NCBI GenBank assembly: GCA_964372025.1
Contig: CAYJPF010000002.1
Coordinates: forward strand, 9,999 to 73,998
DNA from: an uncultured Peptococcaceae bacterium
Lineage (GTDB): Bacteria; Bacillota; Dehalobacteriia; UBA4068
Direction: 5' to 3'
DNA length: 64,000 bases
The stretch's first letter is position 1, and the number at the start of each line of letters is the position of its first letter. The notes below the pieces were generated by a model, which had not been told where the DNA came from, searched no databases, and saw only the letters and a list, made by a program, of their open reading frames with translations. The position numbers and the translations under genes were made by a program. Positions 10,101 through 24,400 of this stretch are shown here, piece after piece.

Positions 10101-12846
10101 TCACGTAGTAAGTACTACCACGTCTTCTACTATTACTAAACAAACTAATGATTCTTATAGTATAACTGGGTATTCTAGAGGAGCAAATTACAACCCTTAC
10201 TCTGGACTATCTAAGAATCATCTCCAAGACAATGAGTACCTAAAGCCTTTATCCAAAGAATTTCCTTTTATACCAGATTATCAGTATATTCAGGGAGAAG
10301 CGGGCATATCAAGATACCTGTTATTTCGTACAGTTGATTCCGATATAGGTTCTGCGGAGGGAATTTCCTCATACATTTGAGGAGCCAAGGATATAATAAC
10401 TTCATCCGGAGAAGAGCTTACCCATATTTCCAATTTAGATTCGATTTGCTCCTCTCAAAAGTATTGTTTGAATACATTATTATTTAAAGATTCTCCTGAA
10501 TTAATTTTAAATATTAATAAACCTATTTATTCCCAACAAACGGATACTATTCGACCTCTACAATATTATTCTACTACTATAACTGGCCCTACAGTTTCAT
10601 ATTCGTCTGGGTTAAATGAATTAATTATTGATGGAGAGTATTCATTGCCTGTAGTATATACAGCTAATAAACATTTAACATTTTCATTTGCCCCAGGAAA
10701 AAGACTGGGATTTGATGAAGTACTACAAAATGATATAGAGAGTGTAGTATTACCAACTATTCCAGAATTATCCGCCTATTCAGAGGAACTATCAGCATTA
10801 CAAAGTTCACCAAATTCGGAAATCGTAATGATTAGATCTGAGGTGACGTATATTGATAAGAATTTAGTGATTGTTAAATTAACTACTTCACATAATTTAG
10901 ATGGTAATATTAAATGTTTGGTAAAAGTTAGACTAGGATTTAATAGTTCCTCTAAGTCAAAGGAAATATCTTATTATATTACTATTCCTAAAGGAGGAAA
11001 TTCTGCAGAATTAGCATATCATTATGGAAGTGATTGGGTTCGAAATTACACTACTGCAAAAGTAGTAAGTCTCATAATCAGTGATTATGACACACAAGTA
11101 TATACAGTATCTCCAGAATTTGTTGGGACGCAATATAATACAGTTCTTATTGGAATTGATCCCGTCTCGAATCAACAAGTATTTGCTACTTTAGATGATA
11201 CGTGAGTAATTCCAGAAGAAGAAATTTCTTCATCTATATTTTATTTGCCTTCCAATAGTGTTTATGGAAAGACGTGGTTGGACCCAACTCAAAAGAATTT
11301 ATTAGCTCCTGAATATAATAACGTAGCCGCCACTTCTATTATACAGCATAGAAATTTACCATATTTTCTATTAGTAGACTTGGAGCAGGATGTTATAGTA
11401 AATGAAATTTCTGATGTGAATTCTAATGAATATTCAAAGTTATGAATTCCTTGTGGTAAGGCTGAAGTATTATATTCTCCACAATTACAAATACCGACCG
11501 TGGTAGAAGCCACAGAAGGAGATGTTTACGTAGGACGGTATGATTGTCTTCGAGTAGCTTCTGGAGAAGATCAAGTTATTAGAACAAATGATATTGTGTC
11601 AATAATTTGTGAATCATATACTAATCCAGATGGTCGGTATGACGTAAATAGATTTAATGCAGATACTCGTAATGTAAATTTTAATAATTATAACTTACGA
11701 AATGAAGTATATGATCAGACTAATAATTATTTTAATTACAATAGGACTGATTATAGAGTGATTGAAGAAAAGTCTACCTTTCCAACGCAGTTTACGTGGT
11801 CTTTGGCAAAATTGCCAAATAGTCTAACTGATCAGTGGACGGATATTACAGGAGCATCTACATATGCTTTATTAGGAGAATGTGGTAGTTTAAGCAGAAT
11901 AGTTAACTTTAACAATCAATTGTATGCATTTCAAAAAAATGGAGTATCTAACATTCTATTTAATAATAGGGTTCAAATACCTACTTCAGATGGAATGCCT
12001 ATTGAAATTTCTAATAATTATGATGTTAATGGAGTAAGGTATTTAAGCACTTCCCAAGGATTACAAAATAAATTTGCATATACTTCTACTAATAGGGCGA
12101 TGTATTTTATAGATGACCATCTAAAAACTTTAAATATTTTTGATGGGCAAAGTATCACAGATTTAAGTATTTCTAAAGGAATGAGTTCGTGGATTAAACG
12201 TAATACGGGAGATCCTTCTAATGCTACTTACACTGGAATATTATCTAATTATAAATTGAGTACTGATTACATTAATTCTAATGTATATATACATAATGAT
12301 AAGGATTGCTTAGCATATTCTGAATTACTTGGAGCATTTACTAGTTTTTATGACTATCAAAATACTTTAACTAAATTTAATGTAGATACGGAATTACTTG
12401 CTATTAAAAGCACTAATAATACTACTCAATTGTATAAACAACATTCTGGAAATAAATACAACACATTCTTTGGAGAACCTGCTAAGGAATCTTACATTCA
12501 TTACCTAGTAAATCCTAATCCTACTATGGATAAGGTGTTTAATAACATCGAGTTTAGAGGAGATTTGTTTAATAGTATTAATAATAAATTATTACTAACA
12601 ACTCCTTGGAATAAAATCCAAGTATGGAATGAGTATCAAGATTCTGGTGCAGTAGACTTAGTTCAATATAAAAATCTTCAAAAGAAGTTTAGAGTATGAA
12701 GAGCAATTCTTCCTAGGGATGCTTCTGAGTATAAACTAAACAGAATTAGAAATACTTGGACTAATATTAAACTCACTCATGTTCCAAATGAATCGGGTGA
12801 TACTAAGTTATCAGTACATGACTTAATAATTAATTATACAATATAA
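7189..12846 (+). CDS. giant late protein, 1885 aa, Asn/Tyr/Ser/Thr-rich (putative tail fiber or tail-associated protein)
   Basis: Ten consecutive track ORFs (7189…12699) all lie in frame 1. The gaps contain only TGA, at 7441, 7582, 8245, 8773, 9292, 10378, 11203, 11443 and 12697; every gap was read codon by codon. The first TAA is at 12844-12846. Confidence 0.75.
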
Positions 12847-15038
12847 TGAGTTGAAATAGTTTATCTATACGAGACCGCCATTCCTATATTAGGGATGGGG
12901 TCTCCAAAGGAATACATGATCTAAATGAGATTCAGAATTTATACAAAGAAGGAGGCAACTTAAAGAAATCCTATTCTTTAGATAATCTACACGAATTAGC
13001 AGTAGATAATCCTTCTAAATATAAAGAATATATGGGTAAATTACCTAAAGAATACCAAGTCAAAGTAATTGAAAATGCTAGTAGGGAAAGATACGGCTAT
13101 GAAGGATTAAATAGTTATATGATGGCAGCTACAGGAGGACTGCCTTCTGTAGCGGGCCAAGCTGCCGCTGAATTAATAGATTACAATGTAAATAAGGCTA
13201 CTAAAGGTAATAAGCAGTCTTGAGGAGAATTGTTTTATACTGGTAATAATCCTGTATTGTCTACTGTAGCTAGTATGACTAATCCAGGCAATATAATTGG
13301 AGGAATGGGCAGTGCTAGAGATATTACTAGTAGGGCTTTACCTAATAGTTCTAAAGTAAATATTGATTTAGAGAGGTTAGCTACTTCTGGTAAAAAACAT
13401 AGATTCGATAAAGAACTAAATAAAATCAGAGAATATGCACAAAAGCAAAAAGATAACAGTCCTTTAGTAGACATCAGTGGGCGAAAAAAGGAATTGAAAG
13501 ATAGTCAGACTTTAAAATCAATTAGAAAATTTGCTGCAGATAGATGGAAGACTCAAAAAGAATATGGCAGACATTATGCAGATCCACAATATCCGGCTGA
13601 AGAATTAAATGCTAATAGAGAATTTATATACAATAAATTAAATAGTGAGGATATTAATGATCCATTTGGCTATTCTCCTACGTTTTCTGATTATTCGCCT
13701 GAATTATTAGATAAGGCATATGCTATATATAATTACAGAAACCAATTAATGCGAGGTAAAGGGAATTTAAATATGGATAGTATCAGTGCTTCTGAGGCAC
13801 TGCAAATGGCTAGAGAAAATAAATTTCCAGTAAGAAGTTTTGAAAATACCTTGATCATGTCTGGTAAACATCGCACTCAAGAAAATGCCAGAAAATATAT
13901 AAACACTAAATTAGTTCCACAATTAGAGAAAGACTTAACGCAAATAGGGGTATCTCCAAGAGTTGCAGAAAACATTGCAATTATGGCGGGTCAATCTGAC
14001 AAAGTTCCAAACGTTGTTAGGGACAGTAAATATTGGAGATATACTATGACTAGTGATTTTTCTAAAGATTTTTTTGATTTGGATAACGAAAATATGGATT
14101 TCTGGAATAATCCCCCTACCGGAAAGGAAATACTATCATATAAACAACCTTATACATCAACTATTAAAAGGCATGATTCCTACCCAAATTTAAAAAAATA
14201 TGTCCTTTCTCAATCTAAAGACACTAATGTGGATAAGTTTTCAGAGTATCCTAGCCTACAAAAAATTTTACAACAATCTCCTGCATATATAGAAGATGCA
14301 AACATGCTGCTCTCTAAGTACAAAGATTTAGGTAGCGAGGATATAGAAAAGGACGTTTTATTAGATTTAATGGAACAGAGGCTTACTTTTGCTAGAGGAG
14401 TTAATATTGAATCTGGAGACGAGTATTTAGCTAGAAAAGCATTGAGCACAGTGCCTGATGAAACATATGGAGGAAGATCTGATCTTCCCAGGAATCTTGA
14501 AAAGGGACAAGATGCATTATATACTAGTAACTCTTTGCCTACCGCACTTTCATATTCTTATCCTACTCGTAAGGGAATCTCTAGAATAGGAATTTTAAAG
14601 CCATCACGAGAAAGTTTTAATCTCAATGGTCCTAGAGAAAATTGGTTTAAGGACAATTGGCCGAATATTGTTACAGCTTCATCTACCTCCTCAGGAAAAA
14701 ATATTAATTGAGATCAACTTCTGCCAAAAGAAATTCAAACAGGAGCCATTAATGAAGATCCTAAGTATTTGAATAAAGTGCGGTTGACAAACAGACTTTA
14801 TGATGACGATAGTGTAGTATCTCGCTTATCTTCTGTCAATCCCTTCAATCATTTTTTACATATAGGAGAGAGGAACAGTGTCCCTAACAATTTACAATTG
14901 GTAGAGTACCTTTCGCCTGCTGAACTGCCTAGGTTTAAGGAAGGAGTCACTAGAGCTCATGAAGGAGTGTACACTCCAGGGTTTTCTAAAGGATATCAAA
15001 ATGGAGGTAAATTAAAATTAAAAGAATATGGCTATTAA
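12846..15038 (+). CDS. late virion protein, 730 aa (TGA at 12852, 13221, 14709)
   Basis: Frame 0 from ATG 12846, which overlaps the upstream TAA as TAATG, through track ORFs 13032, 13230 and 14769 to TAA at 15036-15038. Confidence 0.7.
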
Positions 15039-16770
15039 AAATAAAAATATAGTACCAGCAGCATTAGGTGTAGCTACTTCAGCTACATCTAATTTGCTAG
15101 ATACAGGAGCAGACCCTTATAATATAAACTCAATAGGGCAATTTAATTCTAGGGAAGCACTCATAGGAGCTATGCAGGGGTGAGATCCCCAACAAGAAGT
15201 TTCTGTAGGAGGAACTGCCCTAAAAGGAGCTGCAGCTGGAGCGAGCGCAGGATCAGTAGCGGGACCTTTGGGAACATTGATAGGTGGAGTAGTGGGCGGA
15301 GCAAGCGGGTTCTTTGGAGGACAAGCTAAGAATAATTCCATTCGTCACCAAAATACTCAAATTCAAGATGCCTTCGCAGATCAAAACGACTATCTACGTT
15401 TAAAGCAGATCAATCAAACCATGGCTAATATCGCTAAGCATGGTGGTAAATTAAATACCCACGGAGGAACTTTTACATCAGATTTTACATCATTTAATAA
15501 CGGTGGGAGGCATGAGCAAAACCCCAATAGAGGTATTCCACAAGGAGTAGATCCACAAGGAATTCCTAATTTAGTAGAAGAGGGGGAGACTAAATGAGAT
15601 GATTATATATTCTCAGATAGCCTAAAAACTTCTCCAAAACTAAATAAACAGTTACATTTAAAAAATATAGATAATATGACTTTTGCTAAAGCTTCTAAAA
15701 AGATTACTAAAGAATCTGAGGAAAGACCTTTTGATAATATCAGTAAACGAGGCAAAGAGCGTATGCTAAATAGGTTAAAGGATGAACAAGAAGTTTTCCG
15801 CAAGCCTGTTAATAATATGTATAATGATGGAGGTCCTTTGGAGTTCTTTAAAAAATATATGGATACGCCGGATTTCTCGGGAGAAAGTAATCCATTAATT
15901 AATAAGATTCCGAGGTATAGTACAATGTGGAAAGGAGAAGATTCTGCAGATTTTACTTCAGAATACGCATTTAATGTTCCAAAGTTAAATTTAGACGTTA
16001 CGCAGACTCCGGAAATTACTTCTAGTAATTTAGATCAATATGATTTTATGCGTGGCAGAGATAGACTTCCTATAGTAGACACAGAGAATGTAAATATTAA
16101 TACACCTATTTTTCCTGATACCTCTATACAAAGTCGCTCTACTGCAGTAGTCCCCAATGTCTCTAAGACTTCCAACATAGATTGAGGAGAAGCGGCTATG
16201 TTCGCTCCCGCAATTACTAATTTAGGAAATGTTATAGCTGATATGACCAGTACTCCGGAAGTAGCAAGCTTTGGTAGAATGAATATTAGTGATTCTATTA
16301 AACGTAGGTATTTACCATATACTCCGGTTGATAGAGAATATTTAGCTAATAGATATAGAGCGCAGGCTGGGGCAGCTACGAGAGGAATTATAGATTCTTC
16401 TGGAGGAAATTCAGCAGCAGCTAGAGCATCACTAATTGCACAAAACTTCAATAGTCAAAATGCTTTGGGAGATATGTATAAACAATTAGATGACACTAAT
16501 AGAAATAGACTAATCCAATCTCTTACTTTCGATACTCAGCAAGATGCACAACGTGCACAACTCCTCGCACAAGAACAAGGATTTAACGCACAAATGGGTA
16601 TGCAAGAGTACGATATTAATGCTAGGAATAGAGCAGCTAAGCGCAATGCAGTTAGAGCGGGCATTAATACTGTAGGCAGAGATATTGGAGAAGTAGGAAA
16701 ATATATGAATAATACGGACATAGTAAATCTATTATATTCATATGATAAAAAAGGTAATTATAAAAAGTAA
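15028..16770 (+). CDS. late virion protein, 580 aa, with a Gly/Ala-rich N-terminal segment (TGA at 15181, 15595, 16183)
   Basis: Frame 1 from ATG 15028 through track ORFs 15268, 15676 and 16198 to TAA at 16768-16770. The gaps contain only TGA. Confidence 0.65.
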
Positions 16771-18437
16771 TGGCTGGTATAAGTGCTTATGATAAGATAG
16801 AGTATGGGGAGTTCAAGCTCCCCTCTCTTCAAGAAATGATGATTGTTCCTGAGTACCTTACTCAGCAGCATGAAATGACTAATGCTGAATTGATTAACAC
16901 TCAATTAGAAGCAGTTAATGTAGGATCATCATTGATACCAGGTATTGATGATGACCTTCTACAACAAACTAATGCTTTTCAACAAAACGTTGATAGCACA
17001 ATAGAAGAATTAGGAAGAACAGGTATTAATTCTACTATAAAAAGTAAGTTAATTGCTGCTAAAAAACAGTATAATACTAACATAGCTCCTATAGGGGTAG
17101 CTGCGCAATCCAGAGAAGCAGCTGCTGCAGAGATAGATGAAGCTCGTATTAAAAATCCAAATTTAATTGCTAAGGATCTTAGATCTATTAGATTATCAGA
17201 TTGAATTTCTAATCCATCTCTCCGTAATCCGGATATGATTGATCTTATGCAGGTGGAAGATAGTGCATATAAAGCTATGGAGCCTTTACAAAATTATGTT
17301 GCCTCCACTGCGCCCGAATTACTTTCAACAGGTCTTTTAGGTAAATATTTTACTAAGGTTCAACAAGGGGCTTCTGTTAATGATATTGCACAATCTATGA
17401 TTATGGATGGCGGGATGGCTCCAGAAAATGCTTCGGAGTTAAGTAAATTAATGCATCTAACTGCACAAAATTTATATGATCTTACTGGAGTAGCTTCTAA
17501 TTATGGTGCACAATCAGAGGCTTCTAACAGAGTATTAGGAATTATTCAAAATGCCTATAATTCAACTATAGGTTCTCCTACTTTTGGAACATTAACTGAC
17601 GAGTGGGCATTAGCAAAAGCGAGGAAAGGTCTAGAAGACTCTGGACAAGATACGCAACAAGGGTATCAATTTTTGACTACTTTGTCTGAACAACGTGATC
17701 CTAATGCTGCGCAAACTTACTCTGAATTATTAGCTCTTCATGCTGACCCAATGGGCACATTCACTACTACTCCCAATAATTCCCCCTCTACCTTTATAGC
17801 AACCGGCATGGGAGGAACTACTATTAAGAATCATGATGAATTAACAGCAAGGTTACGTAAATTAGGATGAGAGGTTACATCAGAGGACGTGCTTAATAAC
17901 ACTCCGTTAGTTCAGCAAGCGATGCAGCATGCACAAACTCAGCTTGCTCAGGCCTCCGAACAACAAGTAGAACTTAATCTTAATTATCCTGATTTTAAGA
18001 GTAATTTTAAAAATATGATAATGCCCAAGGCTTCTACAGGAATGATTAATATTTATAGTTCTACCGAAGATGCTAAAAACGGGACCTCTAAAATTAAGAA
18101 AAAGACCATTGAGGACTTGGCTAAATTAGAGTGATCCAATGATGTCACGGTAGATTTTCAAACTCACGACGGATTATTAGTAATTCGCACACCCGACTCT
18201 GATGATAAATTCTATATTAAACCTGAGGATATTAATACTACTTTAGTTAATACTATGCAAGAGTACAGAGCTCTGCGAGATATGTCGCAAAAAGATTTTT
18301 ACACACATTTAATAAGATTATCTCCTCAACAGGCTGCTTATCAAACAGCACTAAGAAATGATCCACAAGTTATAGGTAATATCATTTTTAATAACCTATC
18401 ATCGGAGAATCAAGGTACTCATTATAAATTAGAATAA
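16770..18437 (+). CDS. late virion protein, 555 aa (TGA at 17202, 17868, 18132)
   Basis: Frame 0 from ATG 16770 (TAATG overlap) through track ORFs 17235, 17889 and 18255 to TAA at 18435-18437. Confidence 0.7.
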
Positions 18438-21400
18438 TGGCAGAATACGATATAACAAAAATCAATGCTGCTCAGAATGAAGCAGATAAGCTTAATAGGG
18501 ATTCTGGATCTATCCAAGGCCTGAAAGGAATAAATACTGTTTCATCTAACGCATTAGATTACATTAGACAAGGACAAAAGGCTGCTCTCTTAGAGCAGTC
18601 TAGTCCGAACACAAGATTTACAGGTGAGAGATATGCGGAAGCTGTAGATTATAACTTTTCAAGATACGATGATTCTTCTGAGAATGTGGCAGATTTAACT
18701 GATATGAATGCAGTTAGGGCGGATGCTCAACCAGGTGTTCTAAAGGCAGGGTCCGCTATTATTGGAGGAGCATTGTCTGGATTAGCTACTGCAGTGGAAA
18801 CTACTGCATACACAACGGACTGGCTAACAGAATTTGCTAGAGCAGATGAAATAGACGAAAGTGTATTTTTACAACTAGCAGAAGCTATGCGCGAAAGTAA
18901 AGCTGCTATATCAAGAGAGATGCCAATATATGAGCGTCCTGGAGATAATGTAGCTGAACAAGTATTTAAATGGAATTCATTAAAAAGTATTATAGATTCA
19001 GCTATAGGATTTGCTATTCCCGGTGGAGCTATTAGTAAAGGCGCAGAAGCAGCCGCTTCTATGTTGGGGGCAGGCGCTAAGGCAGCCATTGCTTCTCAAA
19101 GAACCGCTTACATAATAGATAAGTTCATTACTCCATCCATAGGAGTAGGAGCATCTGCTCTTGCTACTAATTATGGCGAAGGAATGTCTATGGCTATGGC
19201 AGCTAGTGACGAAGTTTCTGAGGAGTATATTAATAATTATGCTGCTCAATATATACAAGCAGCTAAAGAAATGGGGCAACCTATTTCTTTACAAGATGCG
19301 AAAAAATTAGGTGCAGAAGTATTAGCCAATGATGAGAATGCTCAAATGCAATTGGAGTTACTTCAAGAAGACATTGTTAATAGAAATAAAATTATGGCAG
19401 TGTCTAACCTATTTGCTCTTAGAGGAATTATTAAAAATTCTAATTTTAGAAATTCATTATTAAAAAGCCCTACTGCTAAAAAAGCTTGGTTAGAGCAGTT
19501 TAATAAACTTAGCTCGGCTAATCCTATTCTTCAAGCTGCTACAGAAGGTCTTGAAGAAGGCACTCAGGCAGTCATGACTGAAGATGCTACTTTTGAGACT
19601 CGTAAGAAATTAGGATTTACATCTAATCTAGAGGAAGAGATTCCAGTAGATCTATGGGATAGGGTAGTAAAATATGCTGCTAGTAAAGATGTTTTGACAG
19701 AAGCTATCATAGGATTTGCATCAGGTCCTTTACAAAGTGCTGGCGCAAAATTAACCAGTAACGTTCTTTCAGGAGATCCTCTATCTAAGAAGTACGGAGA
19801 ACAATATGCGCAAGAGTATTCTACACAACAAGCTTGGGAAAGTCCTGTAGAAGAGGATGTGCGCAAGATAGCGCAAGGCATTATGTTGAAAGATTTGGCG
19901 GATGCTACTAATGATACTATAGCTTCTAATAAAATGCAGCGAGAGATGTTTGTGAATACTTACAAAAAAGCTGCTACCGAAGGACGTGCTCCATTATTCG
20001 TATCTCTAATGGAAGACGTTGAGCAAGCTACATCAGATCCCACCGAAAGAAATAGAATTAGTGATCTTCGTAAGTTAGCGGAAGCTGCTGAAAATAAGTT
20101 ATTATTTTCGATAGGAGACAAAGAAACAGGCGGACTACGGTTCGATAATGAGTTAGATAAACTTATTCATAGAGCAACTTTAGATGATATTCAAACTGCT
20201 CTCCAAGAAGTACCTTCTGAAATTAATGAGGAAATTAAAGACTCCGGAGAAACTGCATCATTAACTATTAATAAGGGCGAGGCTTTTTATGAAATTAAAC
20301 AGGGGGATAACACAAAGTCTCCAGATGTATCACCGGAGCTAAAAGCAAAGATAGTCGATTATACACAACGTTATGCTGATACTTATAGCGAGTTACAGGA
20401 AGCTAAGCAGGTAAGTAAAGACTTAAATAGTCCCACAAAGAGAAAGGCTATCAAAGAAGCTAAAAGACAAGCAGCCGCTAAAAAAGCTTATGAGGATTTT
20501 AAAAAATCTGCAGAACCTATGGTGGATGCAGACGTAACGTATTCAGACGCACCTGATAAAAAGGTTAAAGTTGTTAATGATGGGGGAGTCCTATATCTAA
20601 GAGAGTTTGACGAAGATTCTCAAGCATATATTACCCCACTGGTAACTAACTCTAAGGACGAAGAGTTACCCATGACCCAAGCCCAATTAGATAAGCTAAC
20701 CTTGACTCTTACTGCACCCCCTAGTTCTACTATACCTGTAGAAGAAGCAGCGGTATCAGAGGCAGTTACCCCTCCAATAGAACCTATTGCAGAACCTGTG
20801 ACTCCTTCTGCAGAGGCCTCTACACAAATTTTAGAGACCCCTTTGGAAAATCTCTATAGTGCTGTAGAGCAGGAACTAGGCAATACTCCGGTGGAGAGAA
20901 TAATTTCACAATTATCGGATAGAATAATCTTTGAATATAATTCATTATTAGAAACTAATCCTACTGAAGAGCAAATTAAGAATTTCTTTAACGCTATTGG
21001 AGGACAGTTGAATAATTTCCCAATGCTTCAGCAAGTACTCTCCCAATCAGACGATTTTCTTAATGTTTGGACTATTCTAAATACGAGTGCGGCAGAATTT
21101 AAGTCTTCAGGCACGTTACCTACAGTAAGTTTGCCTACAATTGCTAATGCTGCCCTTAGAGATAAATTAGAATCTATTAAAGAGGCATCTGCCACTACTA
21201 TAGCTGAGGAGGTCTCTAAGATTGATAGAGAGGAGTTAACTCCTGTAGAGGAGCAAGCTGTAGATGAAGCCATTCAACAAGCTGTTGAAACCATAGTGGA
21301 AGAAGCTGGGGATACTACTAATGAGACTGAGGAAACTGTAGATACTTTAACAGAGGCTATTTCTGAAGTAGATAGTACTACAGCAAAACAACTTATAGAC

Positions 21401-24400
21401 GGAGTTAATGATATAATAACTAAAGTTCCTTATACATTTACTACTCCGAAAGAAGTTAGGAATGAGTGGCAATTAATTTGGGATGCGGCTAATCAACTTC
21501 CCGTAATTCCTGAGAAGTCTATACAAGCATTATTAAACCAATTCGCTGATTTTTATAAAGGAATTATCGCTATGAATGAAGCTGATAGTTCTAAGGAAAA
21601 ATTAGTTACAGAGATTCGCGATTCTATATATGCATTAGTGGAAACTAAGAAAGGTAATTCTGCCCAACATATATCAGCAATAATGACGGAAGAGAATTAC
21701 CCGATGGAAATTGTATCAGCATTTTATAAAGAAACTTACGGCGAAAATACTTATAGAGGCACTAAAGGCAAGGCTCGAACAAATCCTACTATTGCATGGT
21801 ATGGCTCAAGAGGAGTAGAATATGATAGAAACGAGGTACGCATCACTGTCCCTAATTTAATAAGATGGTATGATTTCTTAAATTCCGGAGAGGCCCTTAA
21901 TTACAAAGGGGAGTTAAGTCCTATGATCTTTGAAGGAAAAACTGCCGTACGCATAGCTATCGTGGATGGAAATGGAAAATACCTTACTTCTGACGGTATT
22001 GTAGATACATTCTCTGAAGACACTTGTATTTGGTCTACTATGCCCGATATCACTAGTAATTCAGCTATAAAAGAAGATACTCAGGAGGTAGGTAAGGATT
22101 ATAAAGATAAAATCTGAGATCCTATAGCAGGCAAAGGAAATATTTTAACTGTGGAATTCTCAATGTTGACTGGAGGAGTACTTGATCTTAATAATAAATT
22201 TATTAATAACTCTGAGGTTCGTCCCCTAGGGGAAGCGTTCGCAGAAGGATCTACCATAATTGTTCCTCCCAATACGTCTTCTCCCAAAGAGTTTGATTTA
22301 AAGGTAGCCACACAAGATAATTTTGCGGCTGGAGAAGAAATACTAGCGGTGAAAAGGGGTCAATACATTCTATCTACTAAAGATAGACACTTTGTGGCAA
22401 ATACTGTTTTACCTAATGAGGATGACATTGACTTATTAGCACTAGCTTTGACTGACTTTTTAACAGGACGAGACACATTTAGAGACGCTGGTAATAAACT
22501 CACTTCTGCAGACGTACTAAAACATTTTATGCGTATTTTACCTATTGAATATACTACAGTAAAAGACGCTAAAAGAATAGCTGCTGTTAAAATATACATC
22601 AATGATGCTAGAAATCCAGTAGATAGATTTATTTCGATTAATAACGTAGATTATAGGGGAGACGCAGGAATAGAAGCTATTAAAGCCGCTTTGCCCACTA
22701 TGTATTATAATATACAAAGCCGATCTCTTAAAAGTACTAGTAAAATTGTTGTTCCAGAATTACACATAGATGGAGGGTTGGGTAACAAAACTTACAATAA
22801 TTTTAAAGAATTTGCTATAGATAAATTAGTAGGATTTAAAAATGCTAGCTTTGATGGAACTATTTCTAAAAATAAAAGATTAGTAGTAGATCCCAAATCA
22901 ATCCAATCCACGATAGTAAGCGAAGAAGCTGCAGAAGAAGTAGTAGAAACCGTTGATGAGTTAAACACTATGTTTTTTAAACGTAAATTAAACATTATTA
23001 ACGGCGTAGAAGATTTTGATAAAGCTAAAAAATGGTTTGAGAGTAAATTCCCAGGAATAGAGTATAGAGTTATCGCATCAGCAATGTCTTCTGGAGAATT
23101 CGGATCATTTGTGGATAATATAGTTACTGTATATGATAATGCAGAACGTGGTACAACGTATCACGAGGCGTTTCACGTAGTAATGAAGCATTATTTATCT
23201 CCCTCAGAAAGATTTAATCTACTTAATAAAGTTGCGGAATCTAAGGAATTCAAGGAAGTTAAAAAAGAATTATCTGCTATATATCCAGAATTAAAAGAAC
23301 AAGCACTTGTTGAGGAATATATTGCAAATCGATTCCAAGACTACATGCTTGAGCAAGAAGAATTGCCTAAGAAATCTTTATTTAAAAAGTTCTTTGACGG
23401 ATTAAAGAAATTCATAGAGAGTCTTAGAAATATATTATCTAAAAAATCTGGTAAACAAGATTTAGATAAATTATTTAAGCATATTAATTCAAATTCTTTT
23501 AAATTTATAAAATCAGCTTATCAGAATTATGATTATGTAGTATATAATAAAATAAAAAATCTTAATGCTGTTCAAACAAAAGACGCTTTAAATAGTATTC
23601 ATTTGTTTTTTATGAGTAATTTTAAACAGAATAGTAAAAGTTTCTTAGAGATATTGACAGCGGATAACGCGAAGCTAGTTGATGAAAGCTATGCTCACGC
23701 TAAAAACTTATTTATACGATACTCAAAGGCTTTTGAGAAGCAATTTAATGATTTAGCTGCCCAGTATCAACAAAATCCTTCCGAAGAAAATGATTTACGT
23801 ATGGGGGAGGCAGGAGATAAATGGTCTGTAATTGAATATGTTTTAGACACCTGGGATTCTCCCGATGGAATTGTGCAAAAACATAAGCAATATATTTTAC
23901 CTAGATATTCTTTATCCTCAGATACTATTCTTTTAGAGGAAGAGGTTGATGATGTAGATTCTGAAGACTCTCCAGGAGGAAAAGTAGTGGGAGATTATTT
24001 CCACGACTCACTTACTTATAGTGCTAAATTAAATGCAAATCGTTCGATCAAATTACTTCTTAGTGGACTACCTAAAAGAGTTGTAGGGCCGGGTAAACAA
24101 GTTCAGTTAGAGTTGAACTCACTCGGGCTGCCTCAACTAGAATCTTTTGGAACTATTTTTAATGCACTAGTCAATAAACTGGCTAATCTAACTGGAGATA
24201 TCAGTGCACAAGAATTATATGATAAACTAAATTCTATTGCTAAAGATTTTCCTACTATTATACCACTTATTCAAGATAGTGGAGATGGAGGAAGAGCGTG
24301 GTTAAATCTAAAAGAAGGAGAAAGTTGGTCTAAAGATGATACATTGTTGTTCACGCAATTTATGCAGTCTTTCACTAAGAATAGAAATGATTTCTATATT

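Noticed and set aside
20700-20830. Repetitive GAACCTATTGCAGAACCTGTGACTCCT-like segment that could be read as a tandem repeat or array.
   Set aside because: It is in-frame inside the giant protein and encodes a Pro/Glu/Thr/Val-rich linker (VTPPIEPIAEPVTPSAEAS). This is low-complexity coding sequence, not a CRISPR or satellite array. No CRISPR-like repeat-spacer structure was seen anywhere in the window.
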